Both the position numbers and the translations under genes were made by a program. A DNA stretch of 60,438 nucleotides from Aulosira sp. ZfuVER01 (GTDB lineage Bacteria; Cyanobacteriota; Cyanobacteriia; Cyanobacteriales; Nostocaceae). Positions 60,393 to 60,438 of the stretch are shown in pieces (the first letter of the stretch is position 1; every line of letters begins with the position of its first letter). The notes under the pieces were generated by a model. It was not told where the DNA came from. It ran no database searches and saw only the letters and a list, made by a program, of their open reading frames with translations. The stretch lies in contig JAVRCV020000027.1 in assembly GCA_034530615.2 (NCBI GenBank), positions 1 through 60,438 of the forward strand, read 5' to 3'.

Positions 60393-60438
60393 TCATGTTC
60401 GGAAAATGACTTATGATTAAGCTCCGATTTTAATCCAC
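60393..60438. mobile_element. Probable terminus of an IS/MITE inserted at TA in the AKR gene
   Basis: AKR homology stops abruptly at TA|TCATGTTCGGAAAATGACTTATG; other end outside the window. Confidence 0.45.

Overview
This window comes from a filamentous, probably heterocystous (Nostocales-like) cyanobacterium: GCGATCGC HIP1 octamers are frequent, and there are STRR-type heptamer repeats and small dispersed repeats. Left of about 790 is the end of a WD40/TPR gene. At 794-835 lies the isolated 3' half of tRNA-Ala(CGC), which looks like an att site, so the rest of the window is probably an integrated island. That region is dominated by organosulfur-scavenging genes: three SsuA-type binding lipoproteins, two TauD dioxygenases, two NtaA/DszA-type monooxygenases, a flavin reductase, a thiol dioxygenase, two flavoprotein-ferredoxin modules, a DUF442 sulfurtransferase-like protein, a TauE exporter and a broken FGE-arylsulfatase pair. 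These are interleaved with small GNAT/HAD/methyltransferase genes and many pseudogene fragments. The main unannotated signal is a 26-bp imperfect palindrome (TAC-N20-GTA, roughly TACgGTaaatctATCaAgwTAcwGTA) found 10 times intact and about 7 times with deviant arms, nearly always upstream of transcription units; no cognate regulator is visible in the window. Many downstream proteins are almost free of Cys and Met. Together this suggests an undescribed sulfur-starvation repressor regulon. Other signals are a captured integron-like cassette with a truncated attC and in-frame HIP1-targeted mini-insertions inside genes. All family assignments come from motif recognition by eye, not database searches.
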